Position numbers and translations under genes: made by a program
In this document: positions 1 to 9,393 of the stretch, piece by piece
How positions within the stretch are numbered: position 1 is the stretch's first letter
Layout: every line of letters starts with the position of its first letter
The notes under the pieces: model-generated
Told to the model about the DNA's origin: nothing
Database searches by the model: none
The model's input: the letters and a program-made list of their open reading frames with translations, nothing else
DNA from: an uncultured virus (IMG/VR IMGVR_UViG_2937164673_000001)
Lineage: Duplodnaviria; Heunggongvirae; Uroviricota; Caudoviricetes
DNA length: 64,000 nucleotides
Strand: one strand, 5' to 3'
IMG/VR virus record: IMGVR_UViG_2937164673_000001

Positions 1-1391
1 TTAGTTTCTAAATCAGCTAACTTCGCACGATTATTCTCAATCTTGTTTTTCTCTTCTTGAGTGACATACATTGAGAAAATCTCTGTTTTATCACCCAATT
101 TGATTGAGTCATCAGCATTAACGCTGTATGCGATGCGGAACAATTGTCTGTTATCGTCAGACCAGTTAACGAATCTGAAAATTCCATAATCTTCAAAAAT
201 TTCTACCGGCCAAATATCTTGAACGACTGTTCCGTCTACATACTTTTGGTAAACCGCATCTCCCAAACTATGTTCGCGATCAGAAAGGCTTAATTCGAAC
301 TGTGCTTTCTTCTTTTTCTTGCTTGAACCACAGGCGAACTTCTTATCTTCCTTATCGTCTTCCGCATCATCGGAGTCTGGTTCATCGTCCTCTTCGCCCT
401 TTTTGAAAGCGCTTTCATTTTTGTTTAAAATATTAGTGTCTTTGTCGTTCTTATCACTAGACATTTGCGCACTCTCATCGTCAACGTCTTCATGTTCCTC
501 AGTTGTCGGTTCAGCACTTGGTTCATTTGTAGAAGCCTTACCTGATGTAGAGCTGTCTGCTGAAGCAGGACTAGCCTTTGTCTTATCCTCTGCTTTTGCA
601 GGTTCTGCGGCTGTTTTAGAAGCGCTACTGGTATTAGCTGATGAGGCTGGCGTAGCTGATTTTGCCGGTTCAGTACTTGCAGAACTTTCTGGTTCTGTAA
701 CCGTTGTTGCTACTGCCGGTTCATCATTTTGCTTTTTCTTAGTTGCCAAAGCTTTTTCTCCTTTCTCAGCCGAAAATTCGGCCAACATTTCTTCGAAAGT
801 TGACTTAAAGTCTTGCTTACTAAATACTGTCGATACCGTTGAACCAGTCATTGCAGGCGGAACATCGTCGCCAAGAATACATAATCCAGTAAATACAGCA
901 TTGGTAAATACTAATCTTCCGCGATTATCTGTATAGCCTTCAACGTCTCCCACTTCCATTGACTGTCCTTTAGAACCACTCGCATCATTGAATAGTTCTA
1001 TGGCATCAATAAATCTTGTCCAAAGATAACCATCAGTAACTAGCCATTCTTTACCACCAGTTATCTCAAAATGAGCGTTGTTATCTTCTGGAACAAACCC
1101 ATACGCATGAGTATTAAACTTAATTTTGAATTTTCCGTCTTCTAACGATATATTCTTCTCATGACCCCTGAAATCTTTATCACCGTTATCTTTTTCACTA
1201 ATCAATCCTAAAATTGGAATATGTGATAGAGAGGGAATCATATTTTCAAGAACTTCTCGTGAGAAAATTGATTTATTTAAGTTTTCTCCTGTATGAGCGA
1301 TATAAATTTTCACCTTTTGAAATCTCGAATCATTGCTACTCTCAATTTCTTCAAAGTGAGTCGGTAAATTTACCGTTGTTACATCAATCAT
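1..1391 (-). CDS. Phage prohead protease/scaffold protein (partial, runs off left edge)
   Basis: ATG at 1391 with GAGGT RBS; reads MIDVTTVNLPTHFEEIESSNDSRFQKVKIYIAHTGENLNKSIFSREVLENMIPSL...; acidic/Ala-rich linker; directly downstream of the portal gene; absent from the ORF track because it has no stop in the window. Confidence 0.7.
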   Translation of the reverse strand, partial: MIDVTTVNLPTHFEEIESSNDSRFQKVKIYIAHTGENLNKSIFSREVLENMIPSLSHIPILGLISEKDNGDKDFRGHEKNISLEDGKFKIKFNTHAYGFVPEDNNAHFEITGGKEWLVTDGYLWTRFIDAIELFNDASGSKGQSMEVGDVEGYTDNRGRLVFTNAVFTGLCILGDDVPPAMTGSTVSTVFSKQDFKSTFEEMLAEFSAEKGEKALATKKKQNDEPAVATTVTEPESSASTEPAKSATPASSANTSSASKTAAEPAKAEDKTKASPASADSSTSGKASTNEPSAEPTTEEHEDVDDESAQMSSDKNDKDTNILNKNESAFKKGEEDDEPDSDDAEDDKEDKKFACGSSKKKKKAQFELSLSDREHSLGDAVYQKYVDGTVVQDIWPVEIFEDYGIFRFVNWSDDNRQLFRIAYSVNADDSIKLGDKTEIFSMYVTQEEKNKIENNRAKLADLET

Positions 1392-1404
1392 TTTTTAACC
1401 TCAC

Positions 1405-2970
1405 CTATGCGGCATCACTCAAACGATCAGTATCATCAGTTGGATTATCCGTTTCTGGTCGTCCTACGTTGCCTTTATTTGGATTATTTATATTGCTATT
1501 AGGTGATTTGACTACTGTCTTCCCACTACCTGTTGAAGATTCTTTGCTTGATATGGTATTTGACGTTGGCTTAACGACCATAATCGAATCAATATCAAGT
1601 GCTTGTTGTTCAAAGGTTAATTGAGAGATTATTTGATCTGGTGTAAATCCAACAGAAGCCAAATAATCAAGCCTTGAACCACCGTAGCTTAGTTGATCTT
1701 TATAATTAGCAATATCTTCTTTTAAGGTGAAGTTTGATTCTCTAATGAACTTCAGGTTCCATGGAATCTTACTTTTTGTTTTTACCTGGCTGAGTTCAAA
1801 GTTGTAATAAGCTTCCAACATTGGAAATAGATTTGTATAAATCCAATTTGAATCCTTTTTAACAGACTCTTTTACGATGTTAGAACTCGTTGTTTTCCCA
1901 CCGAATAATGATGAGCTAATACCCAGGTCATAAAATAATTGTTCTAATCCATTGTTTACAGTATCGTAAATTCCTTCATTACCCGATCCTTTTAAGGGAA
2001 TGTTATCCAGTGAGGAAGGACTAGTAATAGCAACAACACCTTCTGGTAATCTTGACCTCATTTGATCATCAAAATTACGAGCGGTCTTTAAATCTAACGA
2101 TGGTGTCCCATTACTGTCAGTTGGTATTTTTGAATGAATTAGTCGTACTGTATCGAGCTTATCTTTTATATCGATATTGTCTTTGGCAGCATCTAAAGAA
2201 AGGCTGTCTGCCAATACACTTGCGAATGGAGAAACTGCTGTTCCACCATTGTTGATAGCATTATGGTCAAAAGTAAAAGCAACACCGTCGTCTGATACCA
2301 TGTACCATTTACGGTCATACCAATCTTGGTCATCATCGCTTATACCGCCATCATGATATTTGTCGTAAGCTTGTTGAAGTTCATTAGGTAGTTCATCGTA
2401 TTGCTCTTGCTTTAATTTAGAAATGTCGATTCTAAATCGATATACTCCATTTTCTAAATTAGAAATACGACACCACTCAGGAGGGAGCTTCATATATGCT
2501 ATTCCAGTAGAATCTTCAATCTTGATATAAAAGGTAACCCCATCTAGCAAGGTATCCTTAAAGAATTTCGGTGCCCAATAATTTATATTCAATAGATTCA
2601 ATTGATATGCCACATCGATATAATCTTCTTGCATGTTGCCACCAATGGCATATTGCTTATTACCCAATACAGGATAAATTGAATAATTATATGTTGGATG
2701 AGCAACGTAATAGTCTATGACACCGCTTACAATCCCACTGTTTAAATATGCCTGCCGTAAGGTTGCTGCTATTTGTGCAAAGTTATCAGCAGGTCTCTGT
2801 AAGTAGCTCTTAATATTACTTTTTTCGGTCGCTGCACTTGTACTTGGCTTAAACCGACTTTTTGGGTCAGCTAAAACAGAAGCATATTCAGCATTTCTTC
2901 TACGGATAGCTGCTATATTTCGCTCATAGGTGCGTCGTTTTCCCCGCATATTTCTGCGTCTATTCGCCAA
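1405..2970 (-). CDS. Phage portal protein (putative)
   Basis: 521 aa; lies between terminase and protease; C-terminal GRP motif common in portals of large Firmicutes phages. Confidence 0.75.
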   Translation of the reverse strand: MANRRRNMRGKRRTYERNIAAIRRRNAEYASVLADPKSRFKPSTSAATEKSNIKSYLQRPADNFAQIAATLRQAYLNSGIVSGVIDYYVAHPTYNYSIYPVLGNKQYAIGGNMQEDYIDVAYQLNLLNINYWAPKFFKDTLLDGVTFYIKIEDSTGIAYMKLPPEWCRISNLENGVYRFRIDISKLKQEQYDELPNELQQAYDKYHDGGISDDDQDWYDRKWYMVSDDGVAFTFDHNAINNGGTAVSPFASVLADSLSLDAAKDNIDIKDKLDTVRLIHSKIPTDSNGTPSLDLKTARNFDDQMRSRLPEGVVAITSPSSLDNIPLKGSGNEGIYDTVNNGLEQLFYDLGISSSLFGGKTTSSNIVKESVKKDSNWIYTNLFPMLEAYYNFELSQVKTKSKIPWNLKFIRESNFTLKEDIANYKDQLSYGGSRLDYLASVGFTPDQIISQLTFEQQALDIDSIMVVKPTSNTISSKESSTGSGKTVVKSPNSNINNPNKGNVGRPETDNPTDDTDRLSDAA

Positions 2971-2985
2971 AACTCCACCGCCTAT

Positions 2986-4539
2986 TTAGATCATAAAGTA
3001 GCTAAAATTGTCAGCTGCTTCTTCTTTTAAATCTTTTTCTAGTTCATTTGCGTAGTAATTACAGTAGGCTATCGAACTATACCTATCTTTTGTTGTGGTC
3101 CCGACTTCGTAAATCTTGATATACCCAGTTCTAACGGTATATTCAAGGTTAACTAGCTCATTGACCAATGCTGTTGCTTGAACATATGGATATAGAACTC
3201 TAATTTGTTCTTCGGCCGGCAACTTTCGATATTCCTTATCTTCCTGTAATTCTTCACGCTTTTGAATGTCATTCATAGGTAATCTGAGTTTTCCAGATTC
3301 AATGACATTCTTTAGGGAAACTGCAATTTCATGGTTGAAAGCCGCATTTGCCTTAACCGTATATACGCATTTAATTCCCTTAGTTTTTGTTCTATCGTTT
3401 GTTTCATCATCATTGATACAAGCCCAGGCAGGATATTCTACATCGCGTTCCTTATCTGTAAGAACGGTTGTACAAGCATCAAATACTCCTAGCCCATTAC
3501 CATTCGCATCCATAACTACATAATCAGCTTCAAAGTCGTAATATAGTTGTTTCAAACGAATAGCTAGGTTCTCTGAAGAAATTGACTCTTGAATACTTTC
3601 CAAATAAACAACCTGGCGCTTATACTCGTCACCCTCACGAATTAACCTCATCAACGTAAACGCTGATGTATCGTTCTTAACGAGCTTATTTCCACCCATT
3701 AAGGCAATATCAAGGGCTACTATTCTAATTTCATTTACTTTATCGACACGTTTGAAATTCGATAATGTTCTAGGCTTTGATCTATGTTCATTTTCAACGA
3801 ATTCTTGATTAGTAGGCGGTCTAAATGTCTTTCCTACCGTTCTAATCTTGTTTAATGGATCAAGCTTGAAATAAGCTTTATCATTTTCACCAACGAATAT
3901 CGTTTCATATTCCATATCAAAACTCGTTTGATCGAACGTATCACTTGTTCTTTCGGCATCAACTGCACTCTGTGAAAGTAATCCACTCTTAACCGATAAT
4001 TGATATGGGAGAATTGAAACAAAATAACGCTTATCCGAATTGGTCATTTTCTTAAAATAACTCTTGAATTCGTCCCATATCCAATGCGACTTATACCAAG
4101 CAGAAGAAATATAAATCTGTTTGTTTTCTTCTCGCTTTAAGTGACTATATTCTGGTTTCGATAAATATGGTGGCTGACGGTAAACGTTAAGCATCGGCTT
4201 TAGAATCTTGTCCAATGTTTCTTTCTTAATCAGACGAAATTCATCACAGATTAAGATATTACAACGCAACCCACGAGCACTTTCACCAGATGTAGCGGCA
4301 AAGATCCTCGATCCATTCTTAAACTCGACCTTTGCCTCATTGACCGTCGTTTTAATATGGTCCTTCTTGTAACCTATTTCGTATCGAACTGCCGCTGATT
4401 GATCGTAAAAGTCCACTATCTTTTGTGAGATTATATTTGCAGCTTGGCTTCTTGTCCCAGACGCTAGTACTATTTTTGTTCCGGGGTATAAAATACACCG
4501 AACAATACAGTACAAAGCGATTAAAAAAGACTTACCCTG
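2986..4539 (-). CDS. terL: Terminase large subunit, exon 2
   Basis: In frame from QGKS (second half of Walker A); Walker B ILICDEF; ISSA coupling motif; nuclease motifs ALDIA and KDRYSS. Confidence 0.9.
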   Translation of the reverse strand, partial: QGKSFLIALYCIVRCILYPGTKIVLASGTRSQAANIISQKIVDFYDQSAAVRYEIGYKKDHIKTTVNEAKVEFKNGSRIFAATSGESARGLRCNILICDEFRLIKKETLDKILKPMLNVYRQPPYLSKPEYSHLKREENKQIYISSAWYKSHWIWDEFKSYFKKMTNSDKRYFVSILPYQLSVKSGLLSQSAVDAERTSDTFDQTSFDMEYETIFVGENDKAYFKLDPLNKIRTVGKTFRPPTNQEFVENEHRSKPRTLSNFKRVDKVNEIRIVALDIALMGGNKLVKNDTSAFTLMRLIREGDEYKRQVVYLESIQESISSENLAIRLKQLYYDFEADYVVMDANGNGLGVFDACTTVLTDKERDVEYPAWACINDDETNDRTKTKGIKCVYTVKANAAFNHEIAVSLKNVIESGKLRLPMNDIQKREELQEDKEYRKLPAEEQIRVLYPYVQATALVNELVNLEYTVRTGYIKIYEVGTTTKDRYSSIAYCNYYANELEKDLKEEAADNFSYFMI

Positions 4540-5633
4540 TAGTATTGTTACCGTAGATACTTTTTATCATCTACTTCTTATGGTTTCCCATAAGCTCGGC
4601 ATAACTTTTCATCTACAACTCTACTTGTTTAGATGTCGCGGCCTCGTGGTAGGATTATTTCACCTACTATGCTCTGCGAGTGACTCATATGAGCCTTCCC
4701 CTCTGATTACCATATCTTTTGACTTAGGCTTCCAGCTTAGTTCCGCGATTACGGCCAATTATTTCTAACTAGCTAGGCCAGTATTTAGTGTGTATTGTTT
4801 GTAGATCACATATTTCCTTCGGAGATATACTGGGGCGTTCTTATAAAGTTCACTTAGTAGAGCCTCAGCATTTTTGCCTACAGCAGTTAAACGATATTTC
4901 CATTTATCCTCTGCGTGAATATGCGTTTTAATATCATATTTAAATAATGATTCTTGTACATATTTCAAGAACTTAAGGTTAGGATTCACAATTCCTACCA
5001 TCAAATATTCTTTCCCCGAAATATAACCATCACCATCAATAACTCCCAATAAGAAATTAAAGAAATACTTTTCTTCCACTTTTGGAAACTCGAAACGGTA
5101 GGTTTTATTCTGTACAACACCTTTATCTACTAGATCAAAATACATTTCTGAAGAATAATAACGAACTGTCACAGTTTTATGTCCACCTCTTACATGGACA
5201 CTTTTAATCATTCTATCTTTTTGAATCTTAAATTTTATATCTGAACCGTTACCAAGGGCTTCATTAAATTTTTGAAGATGGCTGCAATCTTTTTCGTTAA
5301 GTTCAATTGCAACTTCACTTGTTGTCTGCCCGTTTTCTCTTTCTTTTCGAGTAATATAGCCATCGGCAAACATAAAGCCTAGCCAATAAGCTTTTTCGGA
5401 AGTATCAATATATTCAAAGTAACGGCGATCATAATCATGCTTCTTTTTACTCAATCCCATTACAGATGCTTTAGTTCTTACTTGCTTATTGGTCTTTTTT
5501 ATATCATTAAACTCGTTTAACTTATCTGTAATTTCTTGGTACGTCATATCTAAATAATGGTCTTGAATAAAATTAAGTTCTTTATCCGTAAATATTCTTC
5601 TCAATGTATCCTCCTACAAACACACTGTTACAA
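4540..5633 (-). ncRNA. Group I intron (IA-like) in terL
   Basis: P3 UCGCGG (4748-4743)/CCGCGA (4641-4636); P7 GCAUA (4672-4668)/UAUGC (4603-4599); P7.1, P8 and P9 hairpins; internal guide CUGGCCU (4781-4775) pairs with the ligated exons AGGU|CAG. Confidence 0.85.
4765..5604 (-). CDS. LAGLIDADG homing endonuclease (intron-encoded)
   Basis: Two motifs, WLGFMFADG and LLGVIDGDG; own RBS GGAGG. Confidence 0.92.
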   Translation of the reverse strand: MRRIFTDKELNFIQDHYLDMTYQEITDKLNEFNDIKKTNKQVRTKASVMGLSKKKHDYDRRYFEYIDTSEKAYWLGFMFADGYITRKERENGQTTSEVAIELNEKDCSHLQKFNEALGNGSDIKFKIQKDRMIKSVHVRGGHKTVTVRYYSSEMYFDLVDKGVVQNKTYRFEFPKVEEKYFFNFLLGVIDGDGYISGKEYLMVGIVNPNLKFLKYVQESLFKYDIKTHIHAEDKWKYRLTAVGKNAEALLSELYKNAPVYLRRKYVIYKQYTLNTGLAS

Positions 5634-5834
5634 ACCTCTCGCTGCAATGTACATGAAGAAATCAACCTTGTTCATCATGTAAAACAATAATTTCTGATAA
5701 GGCTTCAAGTTAACTCCAAGATAATCTTTTACGAATATCTGTGGATTTCTTCGCCAATATCCAACCCATTTCATCAGGTTGCGTTCTCGTTTTTCAAAAT
5801 AGCTAGACTTTTGTTGTGTCTTCTCAGTCCTCAT
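5634..5834 (-). CDS. terL: Terminase large subunit, exon 1
   Basis: ATG at 5834 with GGAGG; LKPYQ adenine-binding motif; ends YIAARG, which joins exon 2 to give Walker A AARGQGKS. Confidence 0.85.
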
Positions 5835-6600
5835 ACAGACTTTCAACCTCCTTTTCAGAGGCGACACCAAAGGTTCTCTTCATAGGAATCACGAACCATT
5901 TTTCAATGTACTTCTTTAATCCAGCAGCGTCTTCGTATTTATCACTATCTGGAACAGGTTCACTAAGTTCCCAACCTTGAATTCTTTGACCCAACGTCTT
6001 TCCACTGTCATCATTCCCACTAAGTACAGCGTCAAACCCTAAATCCTTTGAATCTTCTGAATATGCTTTACGTAAGGCAGTGATCGCCTTAGAGTCTCCA
6101 TCCATAAACGCCTTATCCAATGCGTCCTTCAACTTTACATTGGCAACATATCTCTGAATCTCAAATGCCGTTGTTGCCGGTTTAATTGCAATAAGACCTT
6201 GTAGCACATTCTCAAAATAAGCATATTCTTCTTCGTTATAGCCCTTACCCCATCTACTTTCTAATTCGGGGGTAATGCTTACTGTTTCTTCGGCATGATC
6301 TGTTGTGAATACAGAATCAGAGAAGGTCTTGAAATTCTTATACGGAGCTATTTTCTTTAAGTATTCTCCGAAATTAGGATTCTTACTTGTCCTCTTTACA
6401 TCGATGTAAAGGTTCTTGACAAAGGGAACATTTGCGAATTGTGCCATTTCAATAACCGAATCCTCATTACTAAAATCAGCTACCGTATTGGCACAATCAC
6501 GACAAATAGAAAAACCATTGTCGAATAATAAGTTCTTGTGTCTTAAAAGTTGGTTAGACCTTTTTTCTTTACCACAGATGACACATATTTTTCCTGCCAT
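5824..6600 (-). CDS. Phage protein with N-terminal CxxC pairs, possible terminase small subunit
   Basis: Overlaps the terL start; CVIC and CRDC motifs; function inferred from position only. Confidence 0.5.
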   Translation of the reverse strand: MAGKICVICGKEKRSNQLLRHKNLLFDNGFSICRDCANTVADFSNEDSVIEMAQFANVPFVKNLYIDVKRTSKNPNFGEYLKKIAPYKNFKTFSDSVFTTDHAEETVSITPELESRWGKGYNEEEYAYFENVLQGLIAIKPATTAFEIQRYVANVKLKDALDKAFMDGDSKAITALRKAYSEDSKDLGFDAVLSGNDDSGKTLGQRIQGWELSEPVPDSDKYEDAAGLKKYIEKWFVIPMKRTFGVASEKEVESLYED

Positions 6601-6612
6601 TGACTCACCTCT

Positions 6613-6783
6613 CTACTTCATAATTGCTTCGTGAGTTTGTGCTAGATTTCTTAATATGTGAGCATAGCGGTCAAGGTCTGCCATGTTATGAATTGATAGT
6701 TCTTCGCACGCTTCAATTTCGTCCATTTTTCTAAGCACGAACTCAACATGCTTCTTGAGGGCGACATCAATATCTAAATTCAT
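6613..6783 (-). CDS. Small hypothetical protein (56 aa)
   Basis: MNLDIDVALKKHVEFVLRKMDEIEACEELSIHNMADLDRYAHILRNLAQTHEAIMK with AAGGGG RBS; read manually. Confidence 0.65.
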   Translation of the reverse strand: MNLDIDVALKKHVEFVLRKMDEIEACEELSIHNMADLDRYAHILRNLAQTHEAIMK

Positions 6784-7020
6784 ATGATTGTCCCCTTCGT
6801 CACATAACTTACGCTCGTGTAGTTTTCATAACAGACAATAATCTCAGTTTCATTTTTTATTTGTTATTAAGGAGGTTTTCACTGGTTATTATCTGCTTTG
6901 AAAATCACACGAGCGCTTCCGTGTGACATTATTTAGTTCGGACTGCTTAACCAACCCAACAGCCCATTCGATCGTGGGTTTTTATAGCTCCATGGACTAA
7001 CGGATGAACTGCTAACTTAA

Positions 7021-7287
7021 TTATTCAGCAATCTTCTTTGATAAAGTTGCCTTGTGTACGTGATGTGCTGGGACTTCAATTAATTCACCAGTTACACCAA
7101 ATACACGCTTGTAAGCTTCTTTGTACTTACTTTCAAACTTTGCAAAGCCTGTAATATTTACTGACTTGTTGTCCTTCATAATGGACTTGATACCATCAGT
7201 AAAGGCGTCCACAATCTTCTTAGCTTCAACCTTTGTAGTTTCTTGTTGCTTTGCAATAATTTCAATTAAATCTTTCTTGTTTAACAT
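7021..7287 (-). CDS. hup: HU-family DNA-binding protein
   Basis: MLNKKDLI...VNITGFAKFE...TGELIEVPA pattern of HU/IHF. Confidence 0.88.
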   Translation of the reverse strand: MLNKKDLIEIIAKQQETTKVEAKKIVDAFTDGIKSIMKDNKSVNITGFAKFESKYKEAYKRVFGVTGELIEVPAHHVHKATLSKKIAE

Positions 7288-7434
7288 ATTTTTCTCTCTC
7301 GCTCTCTTGTTAAAATGTTTATTTTATACGGTGAGGATATGTCAGAGTCGAACTGACCAATACCCTTAATCCTCATAACTCCGCGGTTCGCAACAACCGC
7401 GAAGAAAAATGGTACAAACGCAAGTATTTTACGA

Positions 7435-8157
7435 CTAAGCAGATAATTTATTATCTACTTCCTCACTAAAACCAGTGAACCCTTCCTGTGTGCGCACCTT
7501 TTTAAGCGCATTTCTACAGATTCTTGTTAACTTTTTTGAAACATTTTGATGAGCAACACCATAAATATCGGATATTTCATTAATAGATCTCTCTCCATCA
7601 AAATAATTTAAAAACGTTTGATCGGTATTCTTTGTACAACCTAGTTGAATAATTTTTTGTAAATCTTGTAAATTCCGTAGTAACTCAAAAGAATAGTCTC
7701 CAAAATTCAACTTTTTTAAATCTTTATAGAATCCTAATTTAACAAAATTTCTTAAATCATTAACTTCAAGATTATCTATGTCAAATAGTCGTTTAACGTA
7801 TTCCTCTTTATTTTCCTGGTTTTTCACTTCATAATTTTTTGACATAATCGGATCTACCCAATCATCAACTTGTGCAGATAATAGTATTGCTTTAGCTATT
7901 CCCGTTTTATAGTAATCATGATCACTTGCGTAAAAGGGATATTCTGTTGCTCTTGGATTGTCTATATCGCGACTATGTACCAAATATTGAGCAATTCGGT
8001 CGCTAAACCAGCCTGAATAGCTTTCTGCCATTGTTTTACCCTTATCGATGTCATCACGATTAAATTCCTCAAAGAATTTGGGGCTCAATTCTTTATTAAT
8101 GTTCTTTTTTCTCTCTTCATACGTCATTAATTCAGTATTAAATAGCGTTTTGTTCAC
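7435..8157 (-). CDS. Hypothetical protein with C-terminal sigma region-4-like HTH
   Basis: SINEISDIYGVAHQNVSKKLTRI helix-turn-helix. Confidence 0.55.
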   Translation of the reverse strand: MNKTLFNTELMTYEERKKNINKELSPKFFEEFNRDDIDKGKTMAESYSGWFSDRIAQYLVHSRDIDNPRATEYPFYASDHDYYKTGIAKAILLSAQVDDWVDPIMSKNYEVKNQENKEEYVKRLFDIDNLEVNDLRNFVKLGFYKDLKKLNFGDYSFELLRNLQDLQKIIQLGCTKNTDQTFLNYFDGERSINEISDIYGVAHQNVSKKLTRICRNALKKVRTQEGFTGFSEEVDNKLSA

Positions 8158-8274
8158 CTTGTCTTTGTATCCCTCTCTTTATATCGAATTAATTTATTTA
8201 AGTATTTTTGTTGTGATTAATTTCAAAAAATAAAAACCGTGTTCGCTGGTGTTATTTTACCAAGAATACGGTAG

Positions 8275-8304
8275 GCAAGTCACAAAATTGCACCTACCGG
8301 TAAC
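8275..8304 (-). promoter_or_regulatory. Conserved 30-bp upstream box/promoter, copy 1
   Basis: GTTACCGRTAGGTGYRATTTTGTGACTTGC, also at 9343-9372 (-) and 34756-34785 (+). Confidence 0.7.
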
Positions 8305-8326
8305 ATTTTTTCGAAAGTCAAGCTGT

Positions 8327-9073
8327 TTATGCAATTAATTGAATATGTTCCCTTTTGATTTTTGTCTTTATATTATCTCTTAGATTTTCCCAATCAGGAA
8401 GATCGGCATAATAATATTTACGAACTGTACCTTTTTCTGAGGCACAAAGAAAATAACAAATTAGTTTATTATCCCTCAGCCATTTAAGATGTCGGTCAAC
8501 AGTTGTACTAGTTGTATTTAGCATATGGGCAATATATTTTGAATTTTTTTCAACTACAGAGGTGTTTGTGCTTCCCGCATAAACAGTAGATTTCATAGCA
8601 GCATACACCCCAATATGTTTTAATAAAGCGTCGCCCTTAGAGATTTTAATAATTGATTCTACCGTTACCGGGGAGAGCCTCCCATAGTTATCTTCGACAT
8701 CAGGTATAATAATATCTTCTCGGTCTATGTACAACATCGATTTGATAAGTCCAAGACGTTTAAGATGACTTAATGACTTGTGGATTTTACTAATTTTTTC
8801 CTGATAACGTCCTGCTAATTTACTAGTTTTATAAATTAGTTTATATAGGCTTACATCATCTGCGCCAATAACTGTTCTCTTGCCATTATATATAGTTGCT
8901 CGTGAAGACATATAAGACAGATATATAAATAAGCTAATTTCGTCAAAGGTTAGTTTATCATTAACTTCAAGATCGAAATTGATTTGGAATATGTTCTTGT
9001 CAACGATCCCATATATTTCTGTTTTTGGCAATCCTTCTTTGTAACTATCGTATTTCGCGATTAGATTCATCAA
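8327..9073 (-). CDS. Hypothetical DNA-binding protein (winged-HTH-like C terminus)
   Basis: 248 aa; SKYIAHMLNTTSTTVDRHLKWLRDNKLI is HTH-like. Confidence 0.55.
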   Translation of the reverse strand: MMNLIAKYDSYKEGLPKTEIYGIVDKNIFQINFDLEVNDKLTFDEISLFIYLSYMSSRATIYNGKRTVIGADDVSLYKLIYKTSKLAGRYQEKISKIHKSLSHLKRLGLIKSMLYIDREDIIIPDVEDNYGRLSPVTVESIIKISKGDALLKHIGVYAAMKSTVYAGSTNTSVVEKNSKYIAHMLNTTSTTVDRHLKWLRDNKLICYFLCASEKGTVRKYYYADLPDWENLRDNIKTKIKREHIQLIA

Positions 9074-9192
9074 TATCCTCCTGTGATATATGTTCTGAAA
9101 AGCTCCGCCTACGCGCGGGCTTTTATTTCCTTATTACTCATATACCTTTTCTTATTTATATATTTATATATTAATAAGGACCACGCATTGAT

Positions 9193-9280
9193 AAGAAAAT
9201 CTACACCCTTTCGTGGTCGGGGCGGTAGAAAATCTACACCTTTTCGTGGTCACTTCAACAAAAAAAGATGTAGATTTTCT
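9193..9280. repeat. Two direct repeats AGAAAATCTACACCYTTTCGTGGTC plus a partial inverted copy
   Basis: Seen directly; intergenic, downstream of repA. Confidence 0.7.
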
Positions 9281-9342
9281 TATCTTTTTGAGTTTGGCGT
9301 CATATCAACATTCTGGAGGTTATCTTACCAAAAATAGCATGA

Positions 9343-9372
9343 GCAAGTCACAAAATTACACCTACCGGTAAC
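9343..9372 (-). promoter_or_regulatory. Conserved 30-bp upstream box/promoter, copy 2
   Basis: Near-identical to 8275-8304; followed by TGGTAAGAT extended -10. Confidence 0.7.
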
Positions 9373-9393
9373 GTTTTTTTAAGTTAGCGAGAA

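Noticed and set aside
319..936. 205-aa plus-strand ORF
   Set aside because: Antisense shadow of the low-complexity part of the minus-strand protease/scaffold gene
4540..5633. Intein as the explanation of the terL interruption
   Set aside because: In-frame stop after exon 1, a separate RBS for the endonuclease and a clear group I RNA core
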